From contig NC_068992.1 in assembly GCF_001194135.2 (NCBI RefSeq), positions 14,023,066 to 14,080,083 on the forward strand: a stretch of DNA of 57,018 bases. The letters are read 5' to 3'. The DNA is from Octopus bimaculoides. Its lineage: Eukaryota. Position numbers and translations under genes: made by a program. Below the pieces are notes generated by a model, which saw only the letters and a list, made by a program, of their open reading frames with translations, did not search any database and was not told where the DNA came from. Shown here one piece after another: positions 24,527-38,302 of this stretch; the first letter of the stretch is position 1; each line of letters opens with the position of its first letter.

Positions 24527-24663
24527 ACTTATATATGCATATGAACATATATCTATATATATATACACACAAATATATATATACATGTATGTATGTATGT
24601 ATAAATGTTTATACACATAAAAAGAATCGACATATATTGAAAGAAGCATACAGTAGACACAAT

Positions 24664-24722
<59 letters not shown>

Positions 24723-25941
24723 GACAATCACAAAGGGGATTGTGAGGAAAGCAAAAATAGTAAAAAAAACATAATGATGAATAATCATACATAGCGAAGA
24801 GAGAGTGAGTGAGACAGACAAACAGAAACAGAGATAGAGACAGAGAGCGAGAGAGGGAGAGAGAGGCGAGATAGTTAGATGCAGCAAACAGCCAATGAGA
24901 GAGTACAAATGAGAGAGTTTCACAATAAGGGAGATATGGAATAATACAAGGATCAATATTTTTAACGAAGACATTCTATAATGATTATATGTATATTTTG
25001 TTTTTTATTATTTTATAAATCATATTTATATATCAACGTTGTTTTTGTTGATTTTTCTTGACTCTATCACGTAGATCTGTTTACCGACATATCACAGCAT
25101 AATCAGATCATAAGCTGACAAGCAGAACTATACATGGAAACGAAGAAAGCAAAGTTTTGTTTGGATAATTGCATGGTAATATTAGTTTAAATCTGTTAAG
25201 TCTACTAAGATTGATTCAGTTTCAGCGTGGGATGAGACAAAAATGTTGTGAGTCACGTTTTGAAAAATGTACATCCTTTCCAGTACAGTCATACATAATG
25301 ATTTTTCGTTGTTGTTTTTTTTTTGTATTTTTTGAATTATTTACAATAAAAACCAATGGAAAAGAAAAGCAAATTATAGATTGATAATGTATTTAAACCA
25401 TTACACTTTACTTGTTATGAATTAGATTTTTGCATCTTTTTGGCTTTATATAGTATATATATTTTTTCCTCCAAGAAATATTAAGTTTTAAGTAATCTTA
25501 TATATGAAGCAATTTTGCTTTTTCAAGAAATATTCCAAAACAGATGATATTGATTCCTTACTTAGACTAAGGCCACCAACTAATAAGACAATTGTTCTTC
25601 CGTTTAAAATCAAACGCAGTATATTACTGCTAGATGTTTCTCTATACGTACGAGGAGTAAAATGATAATCAACACCTTCCTTGCTTTCAGTGTAGATTCG
25701 CGAGAATCAAAACTAATATAAATAAATCATTATAGGATGCCCCTCAATGGCAAAAATACTGCTAAATGTAAGCACTTAGTTGACAGAAAGTAATGTCTTC
25801 AAACTCAGTATAAAACAACTTACTTCATCAAGGCTTTGTTGAACTCAGGAGCGACGTTCTCATACACGCAAACAGACAAACACACACGCGCATATATATG
25901 TAAGTATATATATGTGTATGTATATATATATATATGCTCAC

Positions 25942-25997
<56 letters not shown>

Positions 25998-25999
25998 TG

Positions 26000-26925
26000 C
26001 AAGGAAGTAAATAGACACCTTTAATTTTCAAAATTTCTGATCTAAGCGTCTTAATATGTTTTCTGCAGTGTAAAATTTAGAAATTATTCTTTTTCATTCC
26101 AGGTGCCCTTATATTAAACATTTGCGAAGAGTAACCAAGCCACGCACAAAAAATTCAGCAGAACTGTCAGATTTTCAAAGGGGTCGTATTGTTGGGCAAT
26201 CTGAGACTGTTCTTAGCCAGCAAAAAATTGCCGAAAATCTTCAAATTCCTCTTGGTACTGTTAATAGAATTATAGTGCAATTTAAAAGCCAAGGAAAAGA
26301 ATCAACAGATTCTCGTTCCGGCCGACCTGGGCTATCAGAAAGGAAGCTTCGCTGTTTAAAGAGAATCGCGGAAAAAGAACCCTGTTTGAAGGCTTCTGAC
26401 ATTGCAAGAGCGTGTGTTGCATATCTGCATAAGCTCGGGTATTATGGACGAGCAGCTAGAAGAAAATCTCTACTTCAACCAATTAATATCATAAAAAGAA
26501 AGAAATGGGATAAGGAGATGTCAGAAAAATCTAGTTCATTTTGGGATAGAGTGATTTTCTCAAATGCTTCCAGATTTACATTATTTTCAGACAGCGAACG
26601 TGTTTGGGTCTGGAGGCTTCCAAATCAAGAATTTGCTTTGTAATGATTCCAACCAACTGTGAAGCATGGCGGTATCTCTGTAACGGTATGGGGAGCTGTC
26701 ACCAGCACTGGTCGTTCTGAGCTGATCGAATGTGTTGGAACTATAAACTCTGAAAACTACATCGAAATACTTAAGCTAGGACTACTTCCGATGTATTCAC
26801 ACGATAACATAACGAAAAAAAAGTTTTTATTCATGAAAGATGGGGCTCCATGCCACACAGCGAAAAGGAATCAACAATGGCTGACTGAAAATGGGATCAA
26901 AAAGCTTCCTTGGCAGAGCCAATCT
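26000..26925 (+). mobile_element. Tc1/mariner transposase pseudogene, 3'-truncated
   Basis: [15 protein letters not shown] start, SGRP linker, [12 protein letters not shown] (WSDE to SNA), KHGG..VWG, FMKDGAPCHTA and LPWQSQS. Stops at 26641-26646; ends before the DLNPIE motif. Confidence 0.9.
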
Positions 26926-27012
26926 CGAAGCGTTAAAGACTTTCACACTTTCCCGAGCGTCAAACTAATACAGCTGCTTGTCTTCGTCTTTCTTTTGTCT
27001 GTAAATTTCAAC
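26924..27012 (+). mobile_element. Penelope pseudo-LTR family 1 fragment (3' half of hammerhead plus downstream sequence)
   Basis: ctcgaagcgttaaagacttt..gagcgtcaaactaataca aligns with the reverse complement of 4125-4173. Confidence 0.6.
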
Positions 27013-27628
27013 TATATATATATATGTATNNNNNNNNNNNNNNNNNNNNNNNNNNNNNNNNNNNNNNNNNNNNNNNNNNNNNNNNNNNNNNNNNNNNNNN
27101 NNNNNNNNNNNNNNNNNNNNNNNNNNNNNNNNNNNNNNNNNNNNNNNNNNNNNNNNNNNNNNNNNNNNNNNNNNNNNNNNNNNNNNNNNNNNNNNNNNNN
27201 NNNNNNNNNNNNNNNNNNNNNNNNNNNNNNNNNNNNNNNNNNNNNNNNNNNNNNNNNNNNNNNNNNNNNNNNNNNNNNNNNNNNNNNNNNNNNNNNNNNN
27301 NNNNNNNNNNNNNNNNNNNNNNNNNNNNNNNNNNNNNNNNNNNNNNNNNNNNNNNNNNNNNNNNNNNNNNNNNNNNNNNNNNNNNNNNNNNNNNNNNNNN
27401 NNNNNNNNNNNNNNNNNNNNNNNNNNNNNNNNNNNNNNNNNNNNNNNNNNNNNNNNNNNNNNNNNNNNNNNNNNNNNNNNNNNNNNNNNNNNNNNNNNNN
27501 NNNNNNNNNNNNNNNNNNNNNNNNNNNNNNNNNNNNNNNNNNNNNNNNNNNNNNNNNNNNNNNNNNNNNNNNNNNNNNNNAGAGAGAGAGAGAGAGAGAG
27601 AGAGATACACAGACAGACAGACAGGTAA

Positions 27629-27699
<71 letters not shown>

Positions 27700-28043
27700 T
27701 TTTAAACAGCAAGAAGGGGTTAAAAGGAAGTCACTGTCTGGACAATCGTGTTGCTATAAATTACACCCATCATGTTTTACGATCTTGAAATAAAGACAAA
27801 AAATCTCTGGGCATATTTTATAATACAGTCTGGAACTATTCCTGAAACGGTCGAACAGTAAGGACTAATAAGTGCTTAATTTTAGGTTTGATGGCCCAGA
27901 ATTGATCTTGTACCAACTAGCAACAACAATAACAATAACAGCAAGAACGACATCTAGAACAATAACCACAGAAATATTATAGTATGTTTTATATACGAGC
28001 ACAGTAAATTAGTGTTTCTGTGAGCGGAAGTGCAGCTACATAT

Positions 28044-28044
<1 letters not shown>

Positions 28045-28110
<66 letters not shown>

Positions 28111-28292
28111 AGGTAGTAAGCGGTGGTGAAAGAATATAAGAAAGTAAAATGTAACAACCATAACATCATTGTAGATATCTTTATGAAGCAATATAATCCA
28201 GAACCGTTTAACATTAACGATGGCAGTAAATGACAGTAAACATCGGACCATCCTAGTAGTCTTCTCTTTATGCTGGGGAGGATGAGGATGCC

Positions 28293-28338
<46 letters not shown>

Positions 28339-28400
28339 CGTCGACGACAATGATGATGGTGATGATGATAACGATAGTGGTGGTGTTGGTGGTGGTAGTT
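28045..28400 (+). repeat. Compound (TAG)n/(GAT)n/(GGT) trinucleotide repeats
   Basis: Seen directly; these generate the poly-His/Tyr/Met ORFs. Confidence 0.9.
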
Positions 28401-28595
28401 ATAAGTATGCATTGTAAAGTGTGGCTTGTCATGGTGTTGAGAAAGAGGATGAATACCAAGAGGGGGAGTAGGAAGACGTTGAGGATGAGGCAAATGAGGA
28501 AGAGAAAGTGGAGGAAAGAGAGCAAAGAACGAAAAACAACAAAATCAAAAACAAAGCCCCTTTATTTAAAACGCCGAATGAATTTTTTTTTTTTT

Positions 28596-28630
28596 TTTTA
28601 CGTTTCGCGCCTACGCTCTTCAGCAGAAAG
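28596..28630 (-). ncRNA. Hammerhead motif family 1 with CUGCUGA core
   Basis: CUUU/CUGCUGAA/GAGC-GUAG-GCGC/GAAA/CG/UA/AAAA, with one mismatch in stem II and one in stem I. Confidence 0.55.
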
Positions 28631-29386
28631 TAATAAGAGAAAATAAACAGAGAGAAAACAAAATAAAACTTATTGATATNNNNNNNNNNNNNNNNNNNNN
28701 NNNNNNNNNNNNNNNNNNNNNNNAGCGGTCCAACAAGGTGTGTAATTGGAGAAAAGAATAAAACCTATTTTACCCCATAGGTTCTTTAATTCATTGATCA
28801 CTGACTTATTTAACACAGTATTTTTTTTTTAATCAAGCAACTGTGATAAGCAACGTTAAATGTGCCTATATATATAGCGTATAATAATCTGAATATTGTG
28901 ATTAGGACCATTAATATTTCATTGGATTGTTAAACATAATTTAATTCTAATGCTAAGCTTTATTAAAGAATATCCCTGAGCATTTTATCCAGCACGGTAA
29001 ATATAGAAAGATATAAACATTTCTTCTGATGTATCTAGGAAAAGATGTGATGCCGAAAAAGGCATGACAGCTTTTATCCGATTCTTTTAAGATTTTACGT
29101 ATTCCGGGTTTATAAGAAGAGTTTTTGTGAGAGATTTAAAAGAGTAATGGTGGATAATGTAATCGCGATACAGGTAGGAAAATTGTCCCACGGATACTTC
29201 TTTTTCTATCCACGAATATGATGCGGATAAAGACAAGATGCTTGCAATTGTCTATTCATAAGGCTTTGCTTCAGTCTGTAGATATATACTGAAATGCCCT
29301 ATACATATGCATTTATACACATATACAGAGGCATATAGATTATCTATGCATCCCAAAATGTATATTAGCCAATATACAAATCTAGG

Positions 29387-29421
<35 letters not shown>

Positions 29422-29430
29422 CACATAAAT

Positions 29431-29472
<42 letters not shown>

Positions 29473-30102
29473 TTAATACATATAATTTTATAGGTAAAGC
29501 TTCCTGTTATATATTTCAATGAGCTTGTCTGTATTCCAATATACGCAATTATCCATAGCGTAACACACCAGTAGCCTCAATATTGATGTGGCACTCTGTC
29601 AACATAACGAAGATTATTATATAAAGATCCTCAGAAATATATCGCTTCTGGATTGGAAATATCTTCTTGCATGAAAAGACGTTCTCTTTCAATGCTAGTT
29701 TAATATATGTTCCTTTGCACTAAGCAGCGACTTACACTACCCTCCTGTCTTTCACCACAGCTAAAATTGTCAACACTTGAGGAAAGTGTACAGCTTAAAT
29801 ATGACAGGTTTGGAATAAATTGGATGATAAATCAATTCCAACTCGAAAGATTTCAATTGCAATCTCACAATGTAATGCATGTGTATAGATATCTATGCCT
29901 TTGTTGAGTGTATGTTGTGCGTATGTATTTGTATGTGTATGAACATATGCGTGTTGATAAGTAAATATGTACAAATGTGCGTGTATATATAGAGATACAT
30001 GTATATAAATATACATTTATATGTAGGTGTACATGTGCTTGTGTTTATATATGGATATATATATAAACACACACATACATATATACACTTATATATTACA
30101 TA

Positions 30103-30136
<34 letters not shown>

Positions 30137-30360
30137 NNNNNNNNNNNNNNNNNNNNNNNNNNNNNNNNNNNNNNNNNNNNNNNNNNNNNNNNNNNNNNNN
30201 NNNNNNNNNNNNNNNNNNNNNNNNNNNNNNNNNNNNNNNNNNNNNNNNNNNNNNNNNNNNNNNNNNNNNNNNNNNNNNNNNNNNNNNNNNNNNNNNNNNN
30301 NNNNNNNNNNNNNNNNATACATGCGAGATTAAATACTAGAGTCTATACGAGTAGATATGC

Positions 30361-30466
<106 letters not shown>

Positions 30467-30587
30467 GCACCTGCACATATGCATCTACAGACATATCTGT
30501 TGCAGAATTTTTATTTGTATACTTATACAAGGAAGTATATATATATGTATATGCTTTTATGTATCTATGTTTGTCTGTCTGTGTGTT

Positions 30588-30627
<40 letters not shown>

Positions 30628-31655
30628 CGTGTATAACTCCATGCAGAGCATGATAAAGTGGAGAGTAGAGGACGTTAGCATTACAACAATGGTTAAACAT
30701 ATCAAAATGACTGTTTATACTTTACCAAGTGATTAGTTGTATTATTATACAATACATACATACTTGCATATATATGTTTTTATTTTTGTGCGTGTATGTT
30801 TCTGTGTGAGTGTATTCATGCATAAACACTCACATGCACGAAAATTCCTGTATACATTTACACACACCAAACAAAAGAAAACAGAATTTATGTATACCTG
30901 TGTATTGTATACGAGTGACTTGTTTTGATTAAATAAAAGCAAATTTCATATCCGTTACGAAACCGGTGGAACATATATATGCCATTGTATAAATGTTTAG
31001 ATGGCTTATATATGTATTCAATTTACTATTTCCACATTAGTGTGCAAGAGGATCTGCTCGAATATAATAATCTGAATATTGTATGTTGCATTCTCTTTCA
31101 AACTTTTGCAATAGACTTATCGGAGCGAATTGTTAACAAACTCTAACTTATAATTGAAGGATGTAATTTCAGGCATATGCTTGCTTTGACTGTATGTTCT
31201 CAAGAGTTCGTGTCACAGACACCGCTACATTATAATGCCTTGCATAATATTTTTCCAGTTTTCAAATTTAAAAATTATTTATTTATTTATTTGCTTCGGT
31301 ATTCCTAGGTCATATTATCTAAACGAAAATGGATAAGGGGCCATGGTTTCCGGTTTATTTCCAAAGACGCTGTCCATACGTTGACAATTTTCTCGAAACT
31401 GACAGTCTATTTCATAAAACGCCTTCCTTTATCATCTAGCGTGGAANNNNNNNNNNNNNNNNNNNNNNNNNNNNNNNNNNNNNNNNNNNNNNNNNNNNNN
31501 NNNNNNNNNNNNNNNNNNNNNNNNNNNNNNNNNNNNNNNNNNNNNNNNNNNNNNNNNNNNNNNNNNNNNNNNNNNNNNNNNNNNNNNNNNNNNNNNNNNN
31601 NNNNNNNNNNNNNNNNNNNNNNNNNNNNNNNNNNNNNNNNNNNNNNNNNNNNNNN

Positions 31656-31980
31656 GTGTTTATTGAGCAAAAACACCTAAAGCTCTACGAGGCTCCGGCA
31701 GGGGATGGTGGCGAACCCTGCTGTACTCTTTCACTACAACTTTCTCTCACTTTTTCTTCCTGTTTCTGTTGTGCCTGTAATTCAAAGGGTCAGCCTTGTC
31801 ACACTGTGTCATGCTGAATATCTCTGAGAACTACGTTAAGGGTACACGTGTCCGTGGAGTGCTCAGCCACTTGCACGTTAATTTCACGAGCAGGCTGTTC
31901 CGTTGATCAGATCAACTGGAACCCTCGACGTCGTAAGCGACGGAGTGCCAACAACAACAACACAGACCGCATTAACAAAG
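31656..31980 (+). mobile_element. SINE family C with (CAA)n tail (head presumably in the gap)
   Basis: The 3' 190 bp is the reverse complement of 43258-43455; ends gacggagtgccaacaacaac. Confidence 0.75.
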
Positions 31981-32177
31981 TGTTATAGGTGTTATAGATA
32001 AGATGGGTATATGACCATAAGTCTCAGTGCCGCCCAAAGTAAAACCTACAATGAGATTGCTAAAGCTGTCACGGATCCCGAAATTCTATTCCGTGTTAGT
32101 AAGGGTACATCTTTTAAAGTTTTGTTGCATTATGATCTTTTGCTAAACACTATATTATTTTAATATTTCGATCATTT

Positions 32178-32310
32178 AGAGCGGCGAACAGGCAGAAACG
32201 TTAACATTTCGGTCAAAATGCTCAGTTGTACCTTGCCCTTCTTTTCGTCCATCATTACGTTCCGAACGAGATTGACCTTTCCTTTCACTGTTTCGGGGTC
32301 AATAAAATAA
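32178..32310 (+). mobile_element. SINE family A, degenerate and 3'-truncated
   Basis: Head gcggcgaacaggcaga; core tttcggggtcaataaaataa. Confidence 0.6.
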
Positions 32311-32599
32311 TTTATTAATTTTTAGGTGTGAAAACGCTTATTTTACCACAAAAATGATTAAAATCAAAAAAATAAAAACACCTATTGGTCGCAAAACTTT
32401 ATGAAAATACTCTACAGAACTGCACTGTGAAACATTAACTAAAAACATTAAGAAAATACGTAGAGTACGATAAATGAGAATCGCACATACTGTATAGAAA
32501 AAAGAAACTCGGGAGGCGAGTGTATGCTGTTGTTTTGCATTTATAATAAAATAAATATATACAAATAATAATAATAATTATTATTATTATTATACAGTA

Positions 32600-32682
32600 C
32601 AGTACGGTTTCTACTTCGCAGATTTTCACCTATCGCGGGCTGTTTTGGAACGTAACTCCTGCGATAGTCACGGGATTATTGC
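32600..32682 (+). mobile_element. Possible pogo/Tigger-type DNA transposon terminus
   Basis: cttcgcagattttcacctatcgcgg..ggaacgtaac.cctgcgata..gggattattg resembles recalled Tigger-like ends. Confidence 0.35.
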
Positions 32683-35480
32683 GCTTGTCGTTTATAATTA
32701 ATCATGTATTCACTATTGTAAGCCTTTATCAATACTGGTTTCAAATTTTGGCACAAGGCCGACAAAATCCTTTTTCAATATTTATATATCAAATTATTTG
32801 GACGGTGGAAGTTCTTTTCAGATTATAGCAATTATCAGCATATTAGAAGCATTTAGCTTACATAGAGACCAGATCTTTGGTTTCATTGAAATTTTGAATT
32901 GTTTCTCGATGTATTTTGCGGCAGGGACATAAATACTTAATTAACAATTGATCTCGTAACACAGCCTGTTATCTAATTATCGATTTGAAATCCTAACAAT
33001 TCAATGCTAAAATATGAAGTATTATTTCCACATCAAACATTTTAAAATATATCGCTTATTCAGTAATGGCGTTCTAATGACGGATAAAAGCATTTGAAAC
33101 TGTTCTAGACTAGGGAGCAGATTCCGCAACTGATTTCTGTACACAGTTTAATGCCATTTCATTTAATTTCAATTTTGTCGGAAAGGAACATTTCCAATCC
33201 ATTGTGATTATGTTGCATTGTACTGCATGATTAAATATCCTAAGGTAAGTTATGGCGATAATTAATTAAATTTCCGAGGAGTTAATAAGCTTGAAAATTT
33301 AGATTATTAGATAGAAATATCATTAATAGTGAGTTCTAATGATCATTGACTTGTTATGGTGAAGAAGGGTTAAATATTGGTAGAGCTTAAACTTATAGTG
33401 GTACAACAGGCAATGCGCTCCATTTTCTCGACTTAATATCCAATAACATTGTCCATTTATTTATAATAGGTACGAAACAACTTACTAATAGCTTCTTGCT
33501 AACATTTTACAACAGACAAGTATTAACTTGAAAGTGTTTAAAATGCTACGTTCTGCTATCTCTTTCGTGTGAACTTCAATCGTGACAAAACCACAAACAA
33601 CGCGTTTGTACCTTCAATTACGCCGCTATCACTATAGAGGGACCCTAGAATTATTATTCTTTCTCTATCCATGAAAAAGCATTACTACCTTCACACCTCA
33701 TTTATTTTATTATACTTATCAAATAGGCTATAAGTATAGCAAGTGTTAATACCTGAAGTTGTTGCTAGATCTTTTGGCAAAGAAAATTTCAGTTCGAGTA
33801 TACATAAAATCGTCCATAGAGGGATATGAAACTACATATGGCAACATTTTTCGAAACAGAACATGAAAATAGTTGCCATGTGTTTAAGCAAATGAGAAAG
33901 AGAATATTCCCAGCTTCGTGTTTTTTCTCTGAAGCATGAACAACGCTACTGAATTAAAATTAGAAGAACAGTAAATCTAAACCTGGTCATAATATCACTT
34001 CGCAAATACAGTGCATCCTTTTCAATGGTTTTGGATATTAAATATAATAATTGATTTGAAAAACGTATTGATGGAAAATACAGTTGTGTGACGAACATGT
34101 CAGTTTTCAAGGATGTCAGCGGCGAAAATGATGTGAATTAAATTTAAATGAGAACGGAAATTGCGTGACAGATTATTTGAATGGAATTCTTGCCGATGCG
34201 TGTATCAACAAATTGTTTTGTGTTTTTGTCTTTGTTTTCTTGTGGGGGTGGGATTCGAACTATAGTTATTGCTGATAGTCTGCTCTATCATTAATTGATC
34301 TTGGATTAAAAATGAAGGGATGTAGGTTGCTTGCGACACGAGATGAAGGCGTGGCTAAATATTTAAAGAAGCCAATTTCAGTATGAGAATAATTCATCTC
34401 AAAAGTTCAATAAGGAATTTTCTCCGCGGACGACTCAATGACGGGATCTTTATGTCGTCACTACAAATAACAGCTAAATCTCCCTCAAATTTCACCGTGT
34501 TATTTTGGTATCAGCATGAGTAGTAGCAAATTTAAATGGGCAGAGTTAAATACAAGAATGATCAGGATGTTCTGTACCTGTATACGTGTGTGCGCGCACG
34601 TGAGTGTGTGACTCTGTGTACGTATACGTTTATATATACGTTGACAGAGTGACTGAGACACAAATACAAACAGACATACACATGCATATGCAAATATATA
34701 TAAATATATATATATATATATAAGTGTATGTATACATATGAATACATATTCTGTTGGTAGAACTTTAACGACCTAGACAAAATATTTAGCAATTGTTCGC
34801 CAGTTGCTAAGTTTCTGATTTAAATTTCGCCGAGGTCAAAATTTTACTCATTTTAAAATTTATATTGCACTAAATATAATACGCTAAATAATATTTTTAG
34901 CATTTTAATTTAATTTTATAATTGATTTCATTCAATCTATTCCTCTGAAATTGCACTGTTTTTATTATTTTAATATTCAATACACCAGACAAACACTTTT
35001 GAATATATTCGTATGCGTATATGTGTATTGTATATATGTATGTTTATGTATATATGTATGTAGATATATATATGTGTGTGTGTGTATATATGGTTATCTG
35101 TATATTTGTATGCATGTGTACTTGTGTGTTACTATGTATCTATATGTATGTATTTATGTGCATTTGCTTGTCTGTTTATATGCTTGCGTTTGCAGGCTTG
35201 ACTATATACACATAAGGGTTTTGACGTATCTTATCTTTTATCTTTTTCTTCTTGTTAGTTATTTTAGGAACGTTATTTTCAAATCAGTTTTCTTTCTCGC
35301 ATTCTCTTTTCTCCACCCGTCCCCAACTATTTATTCTTATTCTTTTTGTTCTTCTTTTCCTCTTTCTATAACTAATAACAACAAAGTTGTGCACATTAGC
35401 ACATACGCACGGGGACGTATGGTGTATATATATACGTGTGTTGGTACTTATGTCTACATTAGTAAATATATTCACATTTA

Positions 35481-35630
35481 CTTTCGTCTGTCTTTACGTT
35501 CTGAGTTCAAATTCCACCGAGGTCGACTTTGCCTTTCATCCTTTCGGAGTCGATAAATTAAGTACCAGTTGCATACTGGGGAGCGATCTAATCGACTGGA
35601 CCCCCTCCCCAAAAATTTCAGGCCTTGTGT
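35481..35630 (+). mobile_element. SINE family A lacking its head, followed by (ATGT)n
   Basis: B-box and core are intact. Confidence 0.85.
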
Positions 35631-36799
35631 CTGCATGTTTGTATATATGCATGCATGTATGCATGTATGTACGTATGTATGTATGTATGTATGTATGTAT
35701 GTATGTATGTTTGTATGCATGCACTCGTATGTATGTATCAACGTTTATAAGTGTTAGTGCACATATGTATGTATATGTTTTGAGTGTGCATATANNNNNN
35801 NNNNNNNNNNNNNNNNNNNNNNNNNNNNNNNNNNNNNNNNNNNNNNNNNNNNNNNNNNNNNNNNNNNNNNNNNNNNNNNNNNNNNNNNNNNNNNNNNNNN
35901 NNNNNNNNNNNNNNNNNNNNNNNNNNNNNNNNNNNNNNNNNNNNNNNNNNNNNNNNNNNNNNNNNNNNNNNNNNNNNNNNNNNNNNNNNNNNNNNNNNNN
36001 NNNNNNNNNNNNNNNNNNNNNNNNNNNNNNNNNNNNNNNNNNNNNNNNNNNNNNNNNNNNNNNNNNNNNNNNNNNNNNNNNNNNNNNNNNNNNNNNNNNN
36101 NNNNNNNNNNNNNNNNNNNNNNNNNNNNNNNNNNNNNNNNNNNNNNNNNNNNNNNNNNNNNNNNNNNNNNNNNNNNNNNNNNNNNNNNNNNNNNNNNNNN
36201 NNNNNNNNNNNNNNNNNNNNNNNNNNNNNNNNNNNNNNNNNNNNNNNNNNNNNNNNNNNNNNNNNNNNNNNNNNNNNNNNNNNNNNNNNNNNNNNNNNNN
36301 NNNNNNNNNNNNNNNNNNNNNNNNNNNNNNNNNNNNNNNNNNNNNNNNNNNNNNNNNNNNNNNNNNNNNNNNNNNNNNNNNNNNNNNNNNNNNNNNNNNN
36401 NNNNNNNNNNNNNNNNNNNNNNNNNNNNNNNNNNNNNNNNNNNNNNNNNNNNNNNNNNNNNNNNNNNNNNNNNNNNNNNNNNNNNNNNNNNNNNNNNNNN
36501 NNNNNNNNNNNNNNNNNNNNNNNNNNNNNNNNNNNNNNNNNNNNNNNNNNNNNNNNNNNNNNNNNNNNNNNNNNNNNNNNNNNNNNNNNNNNNNNNNNNN
36601 NNNNNNNNNNNNNNNNNNNNNNNNNNNNNNNNNNNNNNNNNNNNNNNNNNNNNNNNNNNATATGTGAGAAGGCGTGTGTGTGTGTGTGTGTGTGTGTGTG
36701 CACATAATAGCTGAGACGATGGATGTGTGTGTGCGCGTGTCCCTATGTGTCTGTGTGTGTGCGTGTGTGTGCGAGCGTGCATCTATATGTGTGTCTGTG

Positions 36800-36990
36800 T
36801 CTGTGTTTATCCCCCACTACCGGTTGGGGTTGGTGTGTTTATCTTCCTATAACTTAGCGGTTCAGCAAAAGAGTTTGATATAATAAGTAGCAGGTTTAAA
36901 AAGAAACTACTGAAGTCGATACACTCGACTGTAAAATTTTCAAGGCTCTGCAACAGCATGGCCACAGTCAAGTAAATGATAAAAGATAAT
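36800..36990 (+). mobile_element. SINE family B, 3' part, after (GT)n
   Basis: Diverged family B motifs. Confidence 0.7.
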
Positions 36991-37171
36991 GGATAAATTA
37001 TGTACGCACATACATATAGTCAAACTGGCATACAACAAGCCCGTAATTGCATTCTGTGAAGATCCAAGCGTCTTAAGATCTGAATATGTTTTAGGAAGGC
37101 AACAAACATTGAGTAGTATTCGTCTGTATTCTTTCTGAAATCGTATGACTACAATTATCCAATCGAAATCA

Positions 37172-37172
37172 G

Positions 37173-37267
<95 letters not shown>

Positions 37268-37485
37268 GTCTATCTGTTTATCAATCTATCTATCTGTATG
37301 TCTGTTTATCTATTTGTCTATCTATCTGTTTTATAAATCTATCAACATATCTGTCTCTTTATCTATTTGTCTATATATCTGTTTTATAAATCTATCAACC
37401 TATCTGTCTGCTTATCTATTTGTCTATCTATCTGTTTTATCAATTTATCTCTGTTTTATCAATCTATCAACCTATCTCTGTCTAT
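37172..37485 (+). repeat. (TCTA)n microsatellite grading into a 53-bp higher-order repeat
   Basis: Unit starts at 37306, 37359 and 37412. Confidence 0.85.
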
Positions 37486-38246
37486 GAGTAAATTTGGTTA
37501 GATTTATGTTCATTACTGAGGTTTTATTACTATTTGAATGATATGGCTTTTATGACATTTAAAACGTTAATGTTTATTGCAAATGTAATGAGTTTGCAGC
37601 AAACAAGAAATAACGTCGTTGAATTAAGTTATATAATGACTCTCTGTTAGAAATGTTCAGCAGTCAACCTATTTTGTCGTCAAGCATAATGATGAAAGAT
37701 TGTTAACCAAAAACAAATCAAAACTTTCATTTAAATATATTAGGTTTCAGAAATGTTTTATTGTATATTCATCAACCGAGATTCGAACGAGAGTGTGGCA
37801 AACATACTTATTTTTAACAGACCTCAACTTAACGGAACTCACCCGTCTTTTTGTTAATGATGAAGATTTTCGCTTGTTGATTCGTGTCTATCCTTATTCT
37901 TGTTGTTGTATGTGATGGTGCCTTTGTTTGGTTGTTTTTCTTTTTCATTTCTATTTCTTCTTGTGAGATTATTCATCAAATATTTCTCATGCATGACCTT
38001 TACGTCAGTCTCTTTGCATATCTTATTCAGCGGGTATTTTAACGCTTTAAACATTATCTAATCGATTGGTGAGGAGGTATATATCTACTGTAGGAAGTCG
38101 AACATTTGAATCGACCGAAATATTCCTGAGGGAAAAAGGAAAATAAAAATGCCTGGCTGTCAGACATATTAACACAGCCGTATACATAAACGAGAAAACA
38201 ACAACATTCTATAAGCAAATGTAGGTAAAGGGAAATAACGCGTATG

Positions 38247-38302
<56 letters not shown>

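Noticed and set aside
27954-28646. His/Tyr/Met-rich ORFs
   Set aside because: They are translations of (TAG)n, (GAT)n and (GGT)n with no domain content.
33146-33251. Candidate exon with a perfect AAG|GTAAGT donor
   Set aside because: All three frames contain stops, and isolated donor consensus sites (also near 22773 and 50645) arise by chance.
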